From: Polyangiales bacterium
Lineage (GTDB): Bacteria > Myxococcota_A > Polyangia > Polyangiales > JAFGIB01
Length of the DNA stretch: 64,000 nt
Direction: 5' to 3'
Assembly (NCBI GenBank): GCA_036382515.1
Contig: DASVHQ010000289.1
Span: 8,176-72,175 of the forward strand
In this document: positions 11,820-21,255 of the stretch, piece after piece
Position numbering within the stretch: the stretch's first letter is position 1
Layout: each line of letters starts with the position of its first letter
Program-made: the position numbers and the translations under genes
The notes under the pieces: generated by a model
Told to the model about the DNA's origin: nothing
What the model saw: the letters and a program-made list of their open reading frames with translations, nothing else
The model's database searches: none

Positions 11820-12914
11820 TCAGGTCTTGGCCAGCGCGTGCGGCAGGGCCGCGAGTAGCCGGTCGTTTTCGGCGGGCAAGCCGATGCTGATGCGCAGGTG
11901 GCGGTCGAGGGGCGCGCCGAACGGACGCACGATGACGCCCTGCCGCAGCAGCTTGTCGTAGACGGCGAAGGAGGGTTGCCCCAGGCCCACGCAGACGAAG
12001 TTTGCCTGACTGGGCGCGACCGATAGCCCCATGCCCTGAAGCGCAGCGCTGACACGGCCGCGCTCGCTGCGGTTGAGCTCTACGTAGCGCGCGACGTACG
12101 CGGCGTCGTCGAGGGAGGCGAGCGCCGCGGCTTGCGCCAGCGAGCCCACGTTGAACGGCGCGCGCACGCGGTCGAGGTAGCTCACGATTTCCTGGCTCGC
12201 CACGGCATAGCCCACGCGCAGCGCCGCCAGGCCGTGCGCCTTGGAGAACGTGCGCAGCACGACCAGACGTTCGTGCAGGTGGCGCATGCGCAGTGCCGAG
12301 GCGAAATCGGGCGCGTCCGCGAACTCGAAGTAGGCCTCGTCCACGACCGGCACGACGCTCCTCGGCAACGCGCGCAAGAAGTCCGCAAGCTCGGCTTTCG
12401 CGATGTGCGTGCTGGTTGGGTTGTTGGGATTGTCGAGGAACACCAGCTTGGTGTTGGGCCGCAGCGCGGCGTGCATCGCCGGTAGGTCCCAGTACAAGGC
12501 GTCGCGCAGCGGGACCTCTGTCATCGGCACGTTCGCGATGCGCAGCGACATCCCGTAGCAGACGAAGCTCGGTGCGCCGATCACGGCGTGATCGCTGGGG
12601 TCCGCCAGGGTGCGCACCAGCAGGTCGATCAGCTCGTTGGATCCGCAGCCAAACGCCAGCTCGCCCGGGCTCACGCCATGCTGCGCGGCCAGGCGCATGC
12701 GCAGCGCATGAGCGTGTGCGTCGGGATAGCGATGGAGCTCGGCGCTCGCTCGCGCGACCGCCTGCAGCACTTTCGGTGAAGGGCCGAGGGGGTTTTCGTT
12801 GCTCGCCAGCTTCACGGCGCCGTGGATGCCGAGCTCGCGCTCCAGCTCCTCGACGGGCTTGCCCGGGACGTACGGCTTGACGGCGGCGATGTGCGGCGCG
12901 ACCAGCGGTTTCAA
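11820..12914 (-). CDS. hisC: histidinol-phosphate / aromatic aminotransferase (class II PLP)
   Basis: KLASNENPLGPSP, DEAYFEF, and PLP-lysine motif TFSKAHGLAALRVGY. TTG start one nt after the pheA stop. Confidence 0.9.
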   Translation of the reverse strand: MKPLVAPHIAAVKPYVPGKPVEELERELGIHGAVKLASNENPLGPSPKVLQAVARASAELHRYPDAHAHALRMRLAAQHGVSPGELAFGCGSNELIDLLVRTLADPSDHAVIGAPSFVCYGMSLRIANVPMTEVPLRDALYWDLPAMHAALRPNTKLVFLDNPNNPTSTHIAKAELADFLRALPRSVVPVVDEAYFEFADAPDFASALRMRHLHERLVVLRTFSKAHGLAALRVGYAVASQEIVSYLDRVRAPFNVGSLAQAAALASLDDAAYVARYVELNRSERGRVSAALQGMGLSVAPSQANFVCVGLGQPSFAVYDKLLRQGVIVRPFGAPLDRHLRISIGLPAENDRLLAALPHALAKT

Positions 12915-12915
12915 C

Positions 12916-14061
12916 TCAGCGCTCCTTCAGGTTCGGGTAGCTGCCGAGCACCTTGACATACCTGCCTGCGGTTCGCAGCTCCTCGATGGAGGCGAGCACC
13001 GAACGATCGGTGATGTGACCATCGACCTCGACCAGGATCAGGTAGCGGAACTCCCAGCCGCGCGCCGGCCGCGTCTCCAGGCGCGAGAGGTTGATCTTGC
13101 GGTCGGCGAACGGGCGCAGGCAATCGATCAGCACGCCGGGCGCGTCGTGCAACGCGATCGCAATGGCGGTTCGGTCGGAGCCCGTGCGCGCTGGGAAGTC
13201 GTGGCCCACGACGACGTAGCGCGTGTCGAGATCCGCGACGTCTTCGATGGAGCTCTCGATCGGCGTGAGACCGGCGAGCTCGGCCGCGACGTCGGTGCCG
13301 AGCGCGGCCGCGTCGGCTTCGGCCGTGGCGTGCTCGGCAGCCAGCATGTGACCGTGCGTGTCGATCAGCACCGCCTCCGGGAAGCGTCGCGACAGGTACT
13401 TCTCGCAGGCCGCGAGCGCGCTTGGTGCAGCGTAGATCTTCTTCACGTCCGAGGCTCTGCCAGACTTCGACATCAGGTGGAACGCGCGACGGATCGGAAC
13501 CTCTGCGGAGATCTTCACCTCGCTGCGCGCCAGCAGGTTGAGGGTCTGAGTCACAGCGCCGTCGTATGAGGTCTCGAACGGCAGAAGCCCGAACGCGGCG
13601 TGCCCGCGATCGAGCTCGGCGAGCAGGGCTTCTGCGCTGTCCACGGCGCGCAGGTGGGCGGTCGCGCCGAAGTGTTTGCGCGCGGCCAAATGGCCGAAGC
13701 CGCCGGCTTGCCCCGCATACACGACCTCGATCGGCGCGATCACGCTTGCGCACGCCGACAGCACTTCCTTCATCACGGAGCGCACGGCGTCCTTCGGGAA
13801 CACGCGCACGCGCTCGATGATGCGACCGATCACTTCGCTGTCGCGCGGCAACGTGAAATACGCGTCAGGTGCGCGGCCACGCAGCTCGGCAAGGGCCGCG
13901 ACTGCACTGGCTCGTGCGCTGAGCGCGTCGGCCAGTGCCTGGTCGGCCGACTCGACGGCTGCGCGAATCTCGTCGAACTGCTGCTTCGCGTCGTTCATGC
14001 CGAAATCATACACGCGCTCGCTCGGGCGTGCACTGCGGGCGGCGGTCACAGGCGCGGTCAC
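12916..14061 (-). CDS. pheA: chorismate mutase / prephenate dehydratase (P-protein)
   Basis: N-terminal CM-like helix region, a PDT domain (VVYAGQAGGFGHLAARKHFG ... DTRYVVV) and an ACT domain (INLSRLETRPARGWEFRYLILVEVDGH). ATG 13998 (MNDAKQQ) is an alternative start. Confidence 0.85.
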   Translation of the reverse strand: MTAPVTAARSARPSERVYDFGMNDAKQQFDEIRAAVESADQALADALSARASAVAALAELRGRAPDAYFTLPRDSEVIGRIIERVRVFPKDAVRSVMKEVLSACASVIAPIEVVYAGQAGGFGHLAARKHFGATAHLRAVDSAEALLAELDRGHAAFGLLPFETSYDGAVTQTLNLLARSEVKISAEVPIRRAFHLMSKSGRASDVKKIYAAPSALAACEKYLSRRFPEAVLIDTHGHMLAAEHATAEADAAALGTDVAAELAGLTPIESSIEDVADLDTRYVVVGHDFPARTGSDRTAIAIALHDAPGVLIDCLRPFADRKINLSRLETRPARGWEFRYLILVEVDGHITDRSVLASIEELRTAGRYVKVLGSYPNLKER

Positions 14062-14077
14062 CCGCTGTCACGGTCAG

Positions 14078-16699
14078 TCACTTTGCTGGCAGCAGGGCTC
14101 GCAGGCGGGCGAGCGCGACGAGCGCATCGATCGGGGTAAGTCGATCGAGGTCGAGCTCGCGCAACGTGGCCTCCACGGCGGACTCCGGCGCTGTCACCGG
14201 CACGGGCGCGAAGATCTCCAGCTGCGCGCCACTTGCGGCGCCGGGGTGTGGCAGTCGGTGCACACTCGGACCGAGCGTGCCCGTGCCCTCCAGCTCGTGC
14301 AGGATCGCACGCGCGCGGGCCAGCACGATCTCTGGGACACCTGCCAGCCGTGCCACCGCCACGCCGTAGCTGCGGTTGGCGCCCCCGGCCACCAAACGGT
14401 GCAGGAACACCACGTTCTCACCGTGTTCCTTCGCGGCCACGTTGTAGTTGACCACACCGCTGCGCAGTTCCGCGAGATCACACAGCTCGTGGTAGTGCGT
14501 GGCGAACATCGCCCGGCAACCGATCACGTCGTGCAGATACTCGGCCACCGCCCAGGCGATCGAGAGGCCATCGTAGGTGCTGGTCCCTCGACCGATCTCG
14601 TCGAGGATCACGAGTGAACGCCGCGTGGCACCGATCAGGATGTTCGCGGTCTCGCGCATCTCGATCATGAACGTGCTCTGGCCCGCGGCCAGATTGTCGC
14701 TCGCACCGACCCGCGTGTAGATGCGATCGCATAGCCCTACCCGTGCGCGCTTGGCAGGCACGAAGCTCCCGGCCTGCGCCATGATCACGGCCAGCGCGAC
14801 CTGACGCATCGTGGTCGACTTGCCCGCCATGTTGGGCCCGGTGATCACCATCAAGCGGTCGCTCTCGACATCGAGCCGCACGTCGTTGGGCACGAACTGC
14901 CCGTGCGCCACGACGCGCTCCACGATGGGATGGCGCGCTTCTTCCAGCTCGAGCACGAGCGAGTCGTCGACCTGCGGTCGCACGTAGTCGTTGCGGTGGG
15001 CGATGTCGGCGAGAGCCGCGTGCACGTCGACCTCCGCGATGCGCTGCGCCAGCGTTCGCAAGCGCGGTGCCTGCTGGCCGGCCTGCTTGCGCAACGCCAC
15101 AAACAGCTCGTTCTCCAGCGATCGCAGACGCTCGTCGGCATTGAGGATCTTGGCCTGCACGGCGTCGAGCTCGTCGGTGGTGAAGCGCTCGGCTCCGGCG
15201 ACCGTCTGCTTGCGCCGGTATTCGGCTGGCACGGCGCCGGCCTTCGAGCGCGTGATCTCGATGTAGTAGCCGAACACTCGCGTGTAGCGGATCTTGAGCG
15301 AAGAAATGCCCGTTGCGGCTCGCTCGCGTCCCTCCAGGCGCAGGATTACGTCCTTGCTCGAGGTGCTCAGCTCGCGCAGCTCGGCGATTTGAGGCGCGTG
15401 CTCGGCGCGGAAGATGTCGCCGTTGGCGGCGCTGATCGGCGGCTCGTCCACCAGCGCTTCGGCCAGCTGCGCGCGCACGTCGCTGCAGCTGTCGGCGGGC
15501 GCGAGCTCGGCCAGCGCGTCGGGCAGCGGCTGGCTGCCCCGCTGCTTCAGCATGTCGGTGATGCGCTGCGTGCGCCCCAGCGCTTCGCGGATCGCGCCGA
15601 GGTCGCGTGGTGTTGCGATGCCGAGCGACGCCCGCGTCGCCAGCCGTTCGAGGTCGCCGAGACCCGCGAGCTCGCTGCGAATTGCGTCGCGGAACGTGGC
15701 GTCGGCCACGAAGGCCTCCACGTTGTCGTGGCGACGCCGGATGGCATCGACTTGCGTGAGCGGTGCGAGCAAGCGCCGACGCAAGAGCCGCGCGCCCATC
15801 GGCGTCTTCGTCACGTCGAGGAAGTGCAGGAGCGAACCCTTGCGATCTCCGGAGAGCGTCGTCGCTAGCTCCAGGTTGCGGATCGCGGCATCGTCGAGCG
15901 CGAGTTCCGCGCGCGCATCGTAGGGAACGATGCGCTGCACATCGAGGCGAGTGCCCGGCTGCGCATCGAGCGCATACTTGAGCGCGAGCGCTGCGGCGTC
16001 TTGGCCCGCGGGTCCCACCGCCGCGTCTTGCAGCAGCGCCTGGATCTCGGGCTCGGCCCGTGCCGCCCCGAGCCTTGATGCATCGAGCATGCGCAGCGTG
16101 GCACGCGGTAGCACGCGGCGCAGCTGATCCGCGAACGCACGCAGCGGCTCGGGCACCAGCAGCTCACGCACGTCGGCGCGCACGAGCTCCGCGAGGGCTT
16201 CGGCTTCGGAGCCGAGCTCGGTTGCGCGCACCTCGGCCGCCCCGAGCTCGAACAGCGCGAGTCCGAGACCCTGGGCGCCGCGGGTCACCGCGCCCAGGTA
16301 GTTCGCTGCGCGTGCGTCGAGCGCGTCCGCATCGAGCACGAGCGCAGGCGTCACGACGCGCACGACTTCGCGCGCGACGATGCCCTTGACCTTCGACGGG
16401 TCCTCCATCTGCTCGCAGATGGCCACGCGCTGGCCCTGCTCGATCAAGCGCGCGATGTAGCTAGCCGCTGCGTGGTGCGGCACGCCCGCCATCGGGATGG
16501 CGATGCCCTCGCTGTCTGCACCGCGCGAGGTGAGCGTCAGGTCCAGCAGCGACGACGCCAGCACGGCGTCCTCGAAGAACATCTCGTAGAAGTCGCCGAG
16601 CCGGAAGAAGAGAATCGCGTCAGGATGGGCTTCCTTCGCGCGGAAGAACTGCTCCATCGCGGGGGAACGGCGCGGTCGTTTGCCCTTGTTCTCCGCCAC
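14078..16699 (-). CDS. mutS: DNA mismatch repair protein MutS
   Basis: 873 aa. Mismatch-binding GDFYEMF and Walker A GPNMAGKSTTMRQ. GTG start 6 nt after the upstream stop. Confidence 0.97.
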   Translation of the reverse strand: MAENKGKRPRRSPAMEQFFRAKEAHPDAILFFRLGDFYEMFFEDAVLASSLLDLTLTSRGADSEGIAIPMAGVPHHAAASYIARLIEQGQRVAICEQMEDPSKVKGIVAREVVRVVTPALVLDADALDARAANYLGAVTRGAQGLGLALFELGAAEVRATELGSEAEALAELVRADVRELLVPEPLRAFADQLRRVLPRATLRMLDASRLGAARAEPEIQALLQDAAVGPAGQDAAALALKYALDAQPGTRLDVQRIVPYDARAELALDDAAIRNLELATTLSGDRKGSLLHFLDVTKTPMGARLLRRRLLAPLTQVDAIRRRHDNVEAFVADATFRDAIRSELAGLGDLERLATRASLGIATPRDLGAIREALGRTQRITDMLKQRGSQPLPDALAELAPADSCSDVRAQLAEALVDEPPISAANGDIFRAEHAPQIAELRELSTSSKDVILRLEGRERAATGISSLKIRYTRVFGYYIEITRSKAGAVPAEYRRKQTVAGAERFTTDELDAVQAKILNADERLRSLENELFVALRKQAGQQAPRLRTLAQRIAEVDVHAALADIAHRNDYVRPQVDDSLVLELEEARHPIVERVVAHGQFVPNDVRLDVESDRLMVITGPNMAGKSTTMRQVALAVIMAQAGSFVPAKRARVGLCDRIYTRVGASDNLAAGQSTFMIEMRETANILIGATRRSLVILDEIGRGTSTYDGLSIAWAVAEYLHDVIGCRAMFATHYHELCDLAELRSGVVNYNVAAKEHGENVVFLHRLVAGGANRSYGVAVARLAGVPEIVLARARAILHELEGTGTLGPSVHRLPHPGAASGAQLEIFAPVPVTAPESAVEATLRELDLDRLTPIDALVALARLRALLPAK

Positions 16700-16705
16700 G
16701 TCGCA

Positions 16706-19693
16706 TCACTGGTAGGTCATTCCGATCACCGAAGTGAACGGATCGAGCGGGATCGGCGCGAGCCCACGAATCGCGGGGTCGACCATGTACAGCTGCTGGT
16801 CGATGTCGTTGAAGCGCAGGAAGTTGGGCAGCACTCCGTGGTAGGAGCTGTAGCCGTAAGAGTTCGCATCGAGCACGACCTGCGGAACCGACGGCGGCAG
16901 GCCGATGGTCAAGGTGGTGCCGAGGTCGGGGCGAACGCGCTGGTCGATCTGAAACGCGATCACCGCATTCTCGAAGCGGGTCCGGTCATACGCGCGCGCG
17001 TTGCGCAGTGGGCTCTGTGCGCGGTCCTCCACACAGCGGCCCGAGCTGTCGGTGACGACGCGGTGCGAGAAGCTGCCGGTGCGCCGATCGATGACGGTAT
17101 ACGAGTTACGAGTCCGCACTGCGTAGGTCATCAACATGTCGCGGAAGCACTGGCGCACGAAGCTGTAGCTGGTGGAGCTCACGCCGCTGACCTTTGCGAC
17201 CATATCGCTGCCGATGACGAGGCGGTCGGCGAACGAGCGGGTGATCGGGAAGGCGATCTCGACGTCACCCGCGACGCGAGCGTTGTCGAGCGAAACGCAC
17301 TCCTCGGCGAGTGTATGGCCGGCAGTTCCGACGCGCTTTGCGCCCTCGGGCCAGTCGGTCGTCACGAGCTTGCTCGTGATCACGAGCTGATCTCCGTCGT
17401 GGTGCTCGGCCTTGAGGTCGTCGCTGCCGAGCACGCCGGCCTTGCAGAAGTTCGCCTCGCCCGCGAACTCAAGCTGACCCGTCTTGGAATCGGCGCTCCC
17501 CGCGTCCACGAAGCGCCCATGGCCGCCCTGAGTACCCGGCAGGATGCCTTCGAAGGTCGCATCCCAAAGGCCGACGGCGATCCAAGGGTCGGCGGGGGCG
17601 CACACGCGCGAGTCGCGCTTGAGATCGTGACAGAGTTGGCCGAGCGTGATCGACGGTGTCACAGCGCTGTTGTCGCCGCTGGCGGCGGCATCCAATCCCG
17701 CATCGAGCACCGCTGATTTGCCCGCGTCCGCGGTCTTCGCCGTCGCCGCGTCAGCGGTGGCCGTGGAGGCCGCGCCGGCCTGGATGCCACCGTCTACCAG
17801 GTTCGCGATCGTCAGCTGGTCCGGAAATGCCGGGAACTTGTTCGCCCCGCAAGTGATACACGCGAGTTGCTCGATCTCGGGGCTGTCGACGGTGCCGTCC
17901 GCGTTCACCAGGAAATGCCCGGTGCCGATGGTGAAGACCGGTGGGTAGTTGCCAGTCGTCGGTGCCAGGATCGGCGCCGGCTGCGTGAGGTCGATGGCCG
18001 CGAGCAGGCGCGGTCGGTGCCGCACCACGGGGTACGGGCAGGTGTGGCATTCGGCCAGCGCCAGATCGTGCACGTCCACGATGCGCACCGTGCCGTCGCT
18101 GATGCCGACGGCGACGAAGACACCGCGCAGCCGCGAGCTGGCCTGCGCCGTATTCGTGCTGTCGGTGCAGTAAAGGCGCGGATCACTGGCCGCCATGTTG
18201 CTGAGGTCGGCAGGCGCGCACGCGAGCTTCTTCGTCTTTGTGTTCTCCGTGAGCACCGAATCATCGAGCGAGATCAGCTCGAGCCCCGGGTCGGTGATGC
18301 CATAGAGCTGACGCAGCCGCGCATAGGGCGCCACGGAGGTCTGATCGAAGCCGTGCAACGGGTTGTTAGTGTCGTAGATGCCGCGCACGACCTCGATCGA
18401 GGTTGCCACCGGCTGCCCGGTGGTGAGCCTGATACCGGTCGCGCCCGGTGGGCCGAACGCGATGCGGTCGGGGCGCGAGCTAGGTTCGGAGCTCACCGAC
18501 AGCACGCGATTGCCCTGGGTGACCAAGACCGACCCGTCGGTCGCGTCGATGGCGTAGACGTACTGGGTCTCCCCGGTGAAGTGCGAGCGACCGCAGTCTC
18601 CGCCGACGAGCTTGGTCGGTACCGGCGGGGTGACGGCGAGCGCGCTCGTCGGGACGCCCGTGACGATGGGTGCGAGCACTGCGGCGCCGAGATTGCCGGC
18701 CTTGATGGCGTCGAGATCGAACGAGTGGATGATGGGCAGCGTTGCGTCGGCCACCAGCAAGCGTCGCACGCAGGGCGTGCCGGCTCGGCAGAAGGCATCG
18801 ACAGTCAGGGCCATGGGCCGAGGGGTTTTCGTCGCGGCGTCGGCCGGGATCGAGGTCGCGACTTTCTTCGGCGCAGGTAGCAAGAGCTGGGAGTCACACG
18901 CCTTCTGGTACGGCTCGCTCTCGGTGCCTCCGGCCGTGCTCGGCGTGGCTTTCGCAAGCGACTGGGTCAGCGGAATCAGCTGCGAAGCGGGCGTGTCGAG
19001 CGTGCCTTCCACGCAGTTGGCGCGCGCGCCGCCGCCCGCTGGCGACGTGCAGCGCTGAATCGGCAAGCGCAGCAGCGCTCCGGCGTCGGCGAAGGCCACG
19101 AAGAGTGCGTCCTCGTCGGGCGACATCTCCATCGCGCTTGGGCTCTGCGCGCCGAGTGCGGCCATGCCCGGCAGCACGAAGCGCACAGTCTGCAGCACCG
19201 GGTCTTCTCCGACATCGAGATGTCTGAACGCCGCCGTCTTGAGCACCGTGAGATCACGCGAACCTGCGTTCGCCACGTAAGTGACTTCCGGCCGATGGCG
19301 CGCAACGGCGATGGCCACGGGCAGCTCGCCCACGGGCACGAAGGTGTAGCCTGGGATGTCCGGTCGGCTGTCGATCACGCTCTTGTTACGCAGATCCACG
19401 GCAGCGACCTCACCGCGGCTCGTCTGGGCGAGCAGCGCATGCATGGCCGTGCTGGTGTCCGGGCCACAGATCGTGGCTGCGGGCCTGCCCACCGTCGTCG
19501 CGCCCGCGGCGACCGTCGGATAGCAGCACTCGATGGGCACCGGCAGCGGGTTGTTGCCGTCCTGCGTCTGGATACACACGAACGCCACGGCACCCGGACG
19601 ATCGAAGGTGGGCGGCGACGGAGGCGGCACCTGGTTTCCGCACCCCACGAGCCAAACCGCGAAGCATCCCAGCGTCCACAGCCAGCGCGTCAT
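16706..19693 (-). CDS. large hypothetical lipoprotein (995 aa), beta-propeller-like N-terminal region
   Basis: MTRWLWTLGCFAVWLVGCGNQ is a lipoprotein signal. Contains YVANAGSRDLTVLK-type strands. No enzymatic motif recognised. Confidence 0.75.
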   Translation of the reverse strand: MTRWLWTLGCFAVWLVGCGNQVPPPSPPTFDRPGAVAFVCIQTQDGNNPLPVPIECCYPTVAAGATTVGRPAATICGPDTSTAMHALLAQTSRGEVAAVDLRNKSVIDSRPDIPGYTFVPVGELPVAIAVARHRPEVTYVANAGSRDLTVLKTAAFRHLDVGEDPVLQTVRFVLPGMAALGAQSPSAMEMSPDEDALFVAFADAGALLRLPIQRCTSPAGGGARANCVEGTLDTPASQLIPLTQSLAKATPSTAGGTESEPYQKACDSQLLLPAPKKVATSIPADAATKTPRPMALTVDAFCRAGTPCVRRLLVADATLPIIHSFDLDAIKAGNLGAAVLAPIVTGVPTSALAVTPPVPTKLVGGDCGRSHFTGETQYVYAIDATDGSVLVTQGNRVLSVSSEPSSRPDRIAFGPPGATGIRLTTGQPVATSIEVVRGIYDTNNPLHGFDQTSVAPYARLRQLYGITDPGLELISLDDSVLTENTKTKKLACAPADLSNMAASDPRLYCTDSTNTAQASSRLRGVFVAVGISDGTVRIVDVHDLALAECHTCPYPVVRHRPRLLAAIDLTQPAPILAPTTGNYPPVFTIGTGHFLVNADGTVDSPEIEQLACITCGANKFPAFPDQLTIANLVDGGIQAGAASTATADAATAKTADAGKSAVLDAGLDAAASGDNSAVTPSITLGQLCHDLKRDSRVCAPADPWIAVGLWDATFEGILPGTQGGHGRFVDAGSADSKTGQLEFAGEANFCKAGVLGSDDLKAEHHDGDQLVITSKLVTTDWPEGAKRVGTAGHTLAEECVSLDNARVAGDVEIAFPITRSFADRLVIGSDMVAKVSGVSSTSYSFVRQCFRDMLMTYAVRTRNSYTVIDRRTGSFSHRVVTDSSGRCVEDRAQSPLRNARAYDRTRFENAVIAFQIDQRVRPDLGTTLTIGLPPSVPQVVLDANSYGYSSYHGVLPNFLRFNDIDQQLYMVDPAIRGLAPIPLDPFTSVIGMTYQ

Positions 19694-21111
19694 TTGAACT
19701 CCTGAACCGGTCGTGGCGAGCCGAGCGTTGCGATCACCTCGGCCGAGGTCGGGCCCGCATGGGCTCCCTGCACCACCGGCGCGAGATCGAGGATGCGAAC
19801 CACCGATGAACGGAAGTCCGCGACGTACAGGCGCTTGCGCACGTCGTCGATGCCAAGCTCGAACGGCCCGCTGAGGTTGTGGACGATGGAGAGCACCTCG
19901 CCATCCAGCAAGTCGATCACGTAGATCTCGCGCGCGTCGAAGCAGCTGACGACCACGACCGAGCGTCCGGCCACGTGGCCCAGAGTCAGGCGCGAAGGAC
20001 CTGCCCCGACCAGCACCGTTCTGCGTGCCGGTGCGCTGACCGCGTTGCCGACGTCCGACGTCTGAATCTGTGGCACGTCGACCCAGAGCAGCGCTGCGGG
20101 GTTTCGGCTGATGACGAGAGCCTGCCCGGGGAGCTCGTCCGTGAATGCCAAGCTGCGCGTGTCGAGGGTGGCACTCACGCCGTCGATGTCGAGGATGCCG
20201 TCATCGTATAGGGCCGACTGCTGCGTCGCTCCGAGGTTCAGCGCGACGCCGACGCGGCCAAGCACCTTCGGGCCACTGCCAGCTGCGGTCAGCCGATCGT
20301 GCACGCTGAAGTAGGCGCGTCGCGTGCGGTGATCGAACGCGATGGCGGTGGGTTCTTGCACGAGGCCAGTGACCACGTCGACGAGCGTCGGGCCGAGAGT
20401 CTGTCCGCTCTCGGCCTGCTCCAGGAAGAGGCTGACCTGCCCGCCGCGATGTGCGACCAGCACGAAGTCGCCCTTCAGCTTGCCGGCATTCGGGTCGGCA
20501 GTTTGATCGGGCTCGAGCAAGTCGCGGGCATTGCCGGTCGCGAGGGCGATGCCTTCTGGCGGATAGCTCAGGTTCCGCGGGTTCTGCAGCGGGTCGCCGC
20601 GTTGGTGGTCGGGGTCGCAGTGGCGGCCGGTGTTGCCGCAGCGCAGCAAGCCATCCGCATTCTTCTTCACATCCACGGTCTCATCGGTCTCGATGAACGT
20701 GAGGCTCGCGTCGGCGCGATTCGTCATGTAGAGGTGCTTGTGATCGCCCGACGGCGCGACGCCGGTCGCGAACGAGCTCACGAGCACTTCGTCCACGAGG
20801 AAGCTCGTGGGGTCGATCTTGCAGTCGATGCCGGGGGCGCTGGCGCACTGACGAGCAATCTGCTTGTCCAGAGCCGCGAGGTCGTAAGCCTGCACGCTGC
20901 CGCCGTTGTAGCGCAGGTCGAAGTTCGAGTTGATCAGGTACAGGAAGCGAGGCGCCGCGCTGCTGCTCTGCCCCGAGAGCGCAAGCGCCGTGGGGAAGTA
21001 CAGGAGCCCACGCGGCGGGTCGTCGCCCGGGTTATTGAGGTTGCAGGCGCTGCTCGTCAGCACGAGGCAAGCCAGCAAGAATATGGAACAAAGTGATGCG
21101 GCACGACGCAT
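19690..21111 (-). CDS. hypothetical lipoprotein (473 aa), beta-propeller-like
   Basis: MRRAASLCSIFLLACLVLTSSACNL is a lipoprotein signal. Contains LYVADFRSSVVRILDL-type repeats. 4-nt overlap with the downstream lipoprotein gene. Confidence 0.75.
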   Translation of the reverse strand: MRRAASLCSIFLLACLVLTSSACNLNNPGDDPPRGLLYFPTALALSGQSSSAAPRFLYLINSNFDLRYNGGSVQAYDLAALDKQIARQCASAPGIDCKIDPTSFLVDEVLVSSFATGVAPSGDHKHLYMTNRADASLTFIETDETVDVKKNADGLLRCGNTGRHCDPDHQRGDPLQNPRNLSYPPEGIALATGNARDLLEPDQTADPNAGKLKGDFVLVAHRGGQVSLFLEQAESGQTLGPTLVDVVTGLVQEPTAIAFDHRTRRAYFSVHDRLTAAGSGPKVLGRVGVALNLGATQQSALYDDGILDIDGVSATLDTRSLAFTDELPGQALVISRNPAALLWVDVPQIQTSDVGNAVSAPARRTVLVGAGPSRLTLGHVAGRSVVVVSCFDAREIYVIDLLDGEVLSIVHNLSGPFELGIDDVRKRLYVADFRSSVVRILDLAPVVQGAHAGPTSAEVIATLGSPRPVQEFK

Positions 21112-21187
21112 GGCGTGCGCACCGTAGTCGGTCGCGACAGCGCCCGCAACCCAGTGCTGCAGTCGCGCTCGACTGTCCCGCGGCAGC

Positions 21188-21238
21188 CGGCGGCGGCGGG
21201 CGGCGGCGGCGGGCGGCGGCGGGCGGCGGCGGGCGGCG
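21188..21238. repeat. intergenic G/C-only tandem repeat, about 4.5 copies of GGGCGGCGGC
   Basis: Read directly: cggcggcggcggg cggcggcggcggg cggcggcggg cggcggcggg cggcg. There are four GGG runs on the plus strand, which is the template strand for the flanking genes. Confidence 0.9.
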
Positions 21239-21255
21239 AAAGGCCTAGCGGCTGC

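Noticed and set aside
21188-21238. GC tandem repeat as a CRISPR array or coding Gly/Ala/Pro repeat
   Set aside because: There are no spacers and the units are contiguous 10-13 nt. It lies between a stop and a start with no ORF through it.
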